Position numbers and translations under genes: made by a program. DNA of 59,648 nt, counting the filler, from Chthonomonadaceae bacterium (GTDB taxonomy: Bacteria > Armatimonadota > Chthonomonadetes > Chthonomonadales > Chthonomonadaceae), in assembly GCA_035650735.1 (NCBI GenBank). It is 4 parts of 4 records of this genome, joined end to end, with 100 filler letters (N's around TTAATTAATTAA, not from the genome) between each part and the next. Parts side by side here need not be neighbours in the genome. Positions count along the whole stretch, not along the records: positions 51,198 to 59,648 come from DASRGZ010000203.1; 3 more parts are not named here. One strand, 5' to 3'. Below are positions 59,159 through 59,648 of this stretch, one piece after another. Numbering within the stretch: position 1 is the stretch's first letter; the number at the start of each line of letters is the position of its first letter. The notes under the pieces were generated by a model. That model saw only the letters and a list, made by a program, of their open reading frames with translations. It ran no database searches and was not told the origin of the DNA.

Positions 59159-59648
59159 TTAGTAGACTTCGGCCAGTTCCGTCGAGAGGCCCATGCGCTC
59201 GGCACGCTGGCGGAACTCGCCAGGGTTCGAGGATTTCGCCAGGGCGTCTCCATAATGGATGAGATCGCGGCGTACCAGGTCCAGCAGGCTGTTATCCAGG
59301 GTCTGCATGCCGAACTGCTGCCCCGTCTGAATATCGGTATAGATCTGGTAGGTCTTGCCCTCCCGAATCAGGGTGCGGATGGCGCTGGTGCAGACCATCA
59401 CCTCAAAGGCTGCCACACGCCCTCCCCCATCTTTACGGATGAGCAGCGTCTGCGAGATGACCGCCTGCAGCACCACCGAAAGCTGCATCCGGATCTGCTG
59501 CTGGGCATCAGGCTCAAAGACATCAATGATGCGGTCAATGGTCTGGGGAGCGTCGGTGGTGTGAAGGGTGGCAAAGACCAGGTGGCCGGTCTCGGCGGCG
59601 GTAATGGCCAGCTTGATGGTCTCCAGGTCGCGCATCTCCCCCACGAGG
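59159..59648 (-). CDS. pilT: Second PilT-family ATPase (5' partial)
   Basis: [31 protein letters not shown] (AIRNLIRE-like), GMQTL. Confidence 0.9.
   Translation of the reverse strand, partial: LVGEMRDLETIKLAITAAETGHLVFATLHTTDAPQTIDRIIDVFEPDAQQQIRMQLSVVLQAVISQTLLIRKDGGGRVAAFEVMVCTSAIRTLIREGKTYQIYTDIQTGQQFGMQTLDNSLLDLVRRDLIHYGDALAKSSNPGEFRQRAERMGLSTELAEVY

Overview
GC-rich bacterial draft/metagenome sequence made of four contigs joined by artificial 100-nt spacers (N44-TTAATTAATTAA-N44 at 17727-17826, 31995-32094, 51098-51197), so gene order across the joins is not reliable. Two prepilin-type (FTLIELLVV...DGHxK) genes, a MKKQISP-type small membrane protein and an OPT-like membrane protein suggest Armatimonadota (inference). 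Most of the window is housekeeping or metabolic: pepF, polar amino-acid ABC transporter, amtB, priA, plsY, glnE, pyk, eno, selB, two pilT paralogues, dacB and several hydrolases. Most interesting observations: (1) a ~45-nt hairpin element (ACTGCNAGG...TCYGCCTNGCGA) at eight loci that inserts into REP-like palindromes and into itself as nested 'Russian dolls', apparently replacing 2 nt each time, with covarying stems; (2) a regulatory island (41.85-48.3 kb) with an ECF sigma, a DUF928-like protein, an XRE-HTH/TPR protein, a secreted 111-aa protein behind tandem ECF-type promoter motifs, and a hairpin array presenting GGGACA in its loops; (3) a tRNA-Ile2(CAU) interrupted after U33 by a 246-nt group I intron; (4) palindromic elements translated in frame inside glnE, plsY and priA. 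Family calls come from motif recognition by eye, not from database searches.
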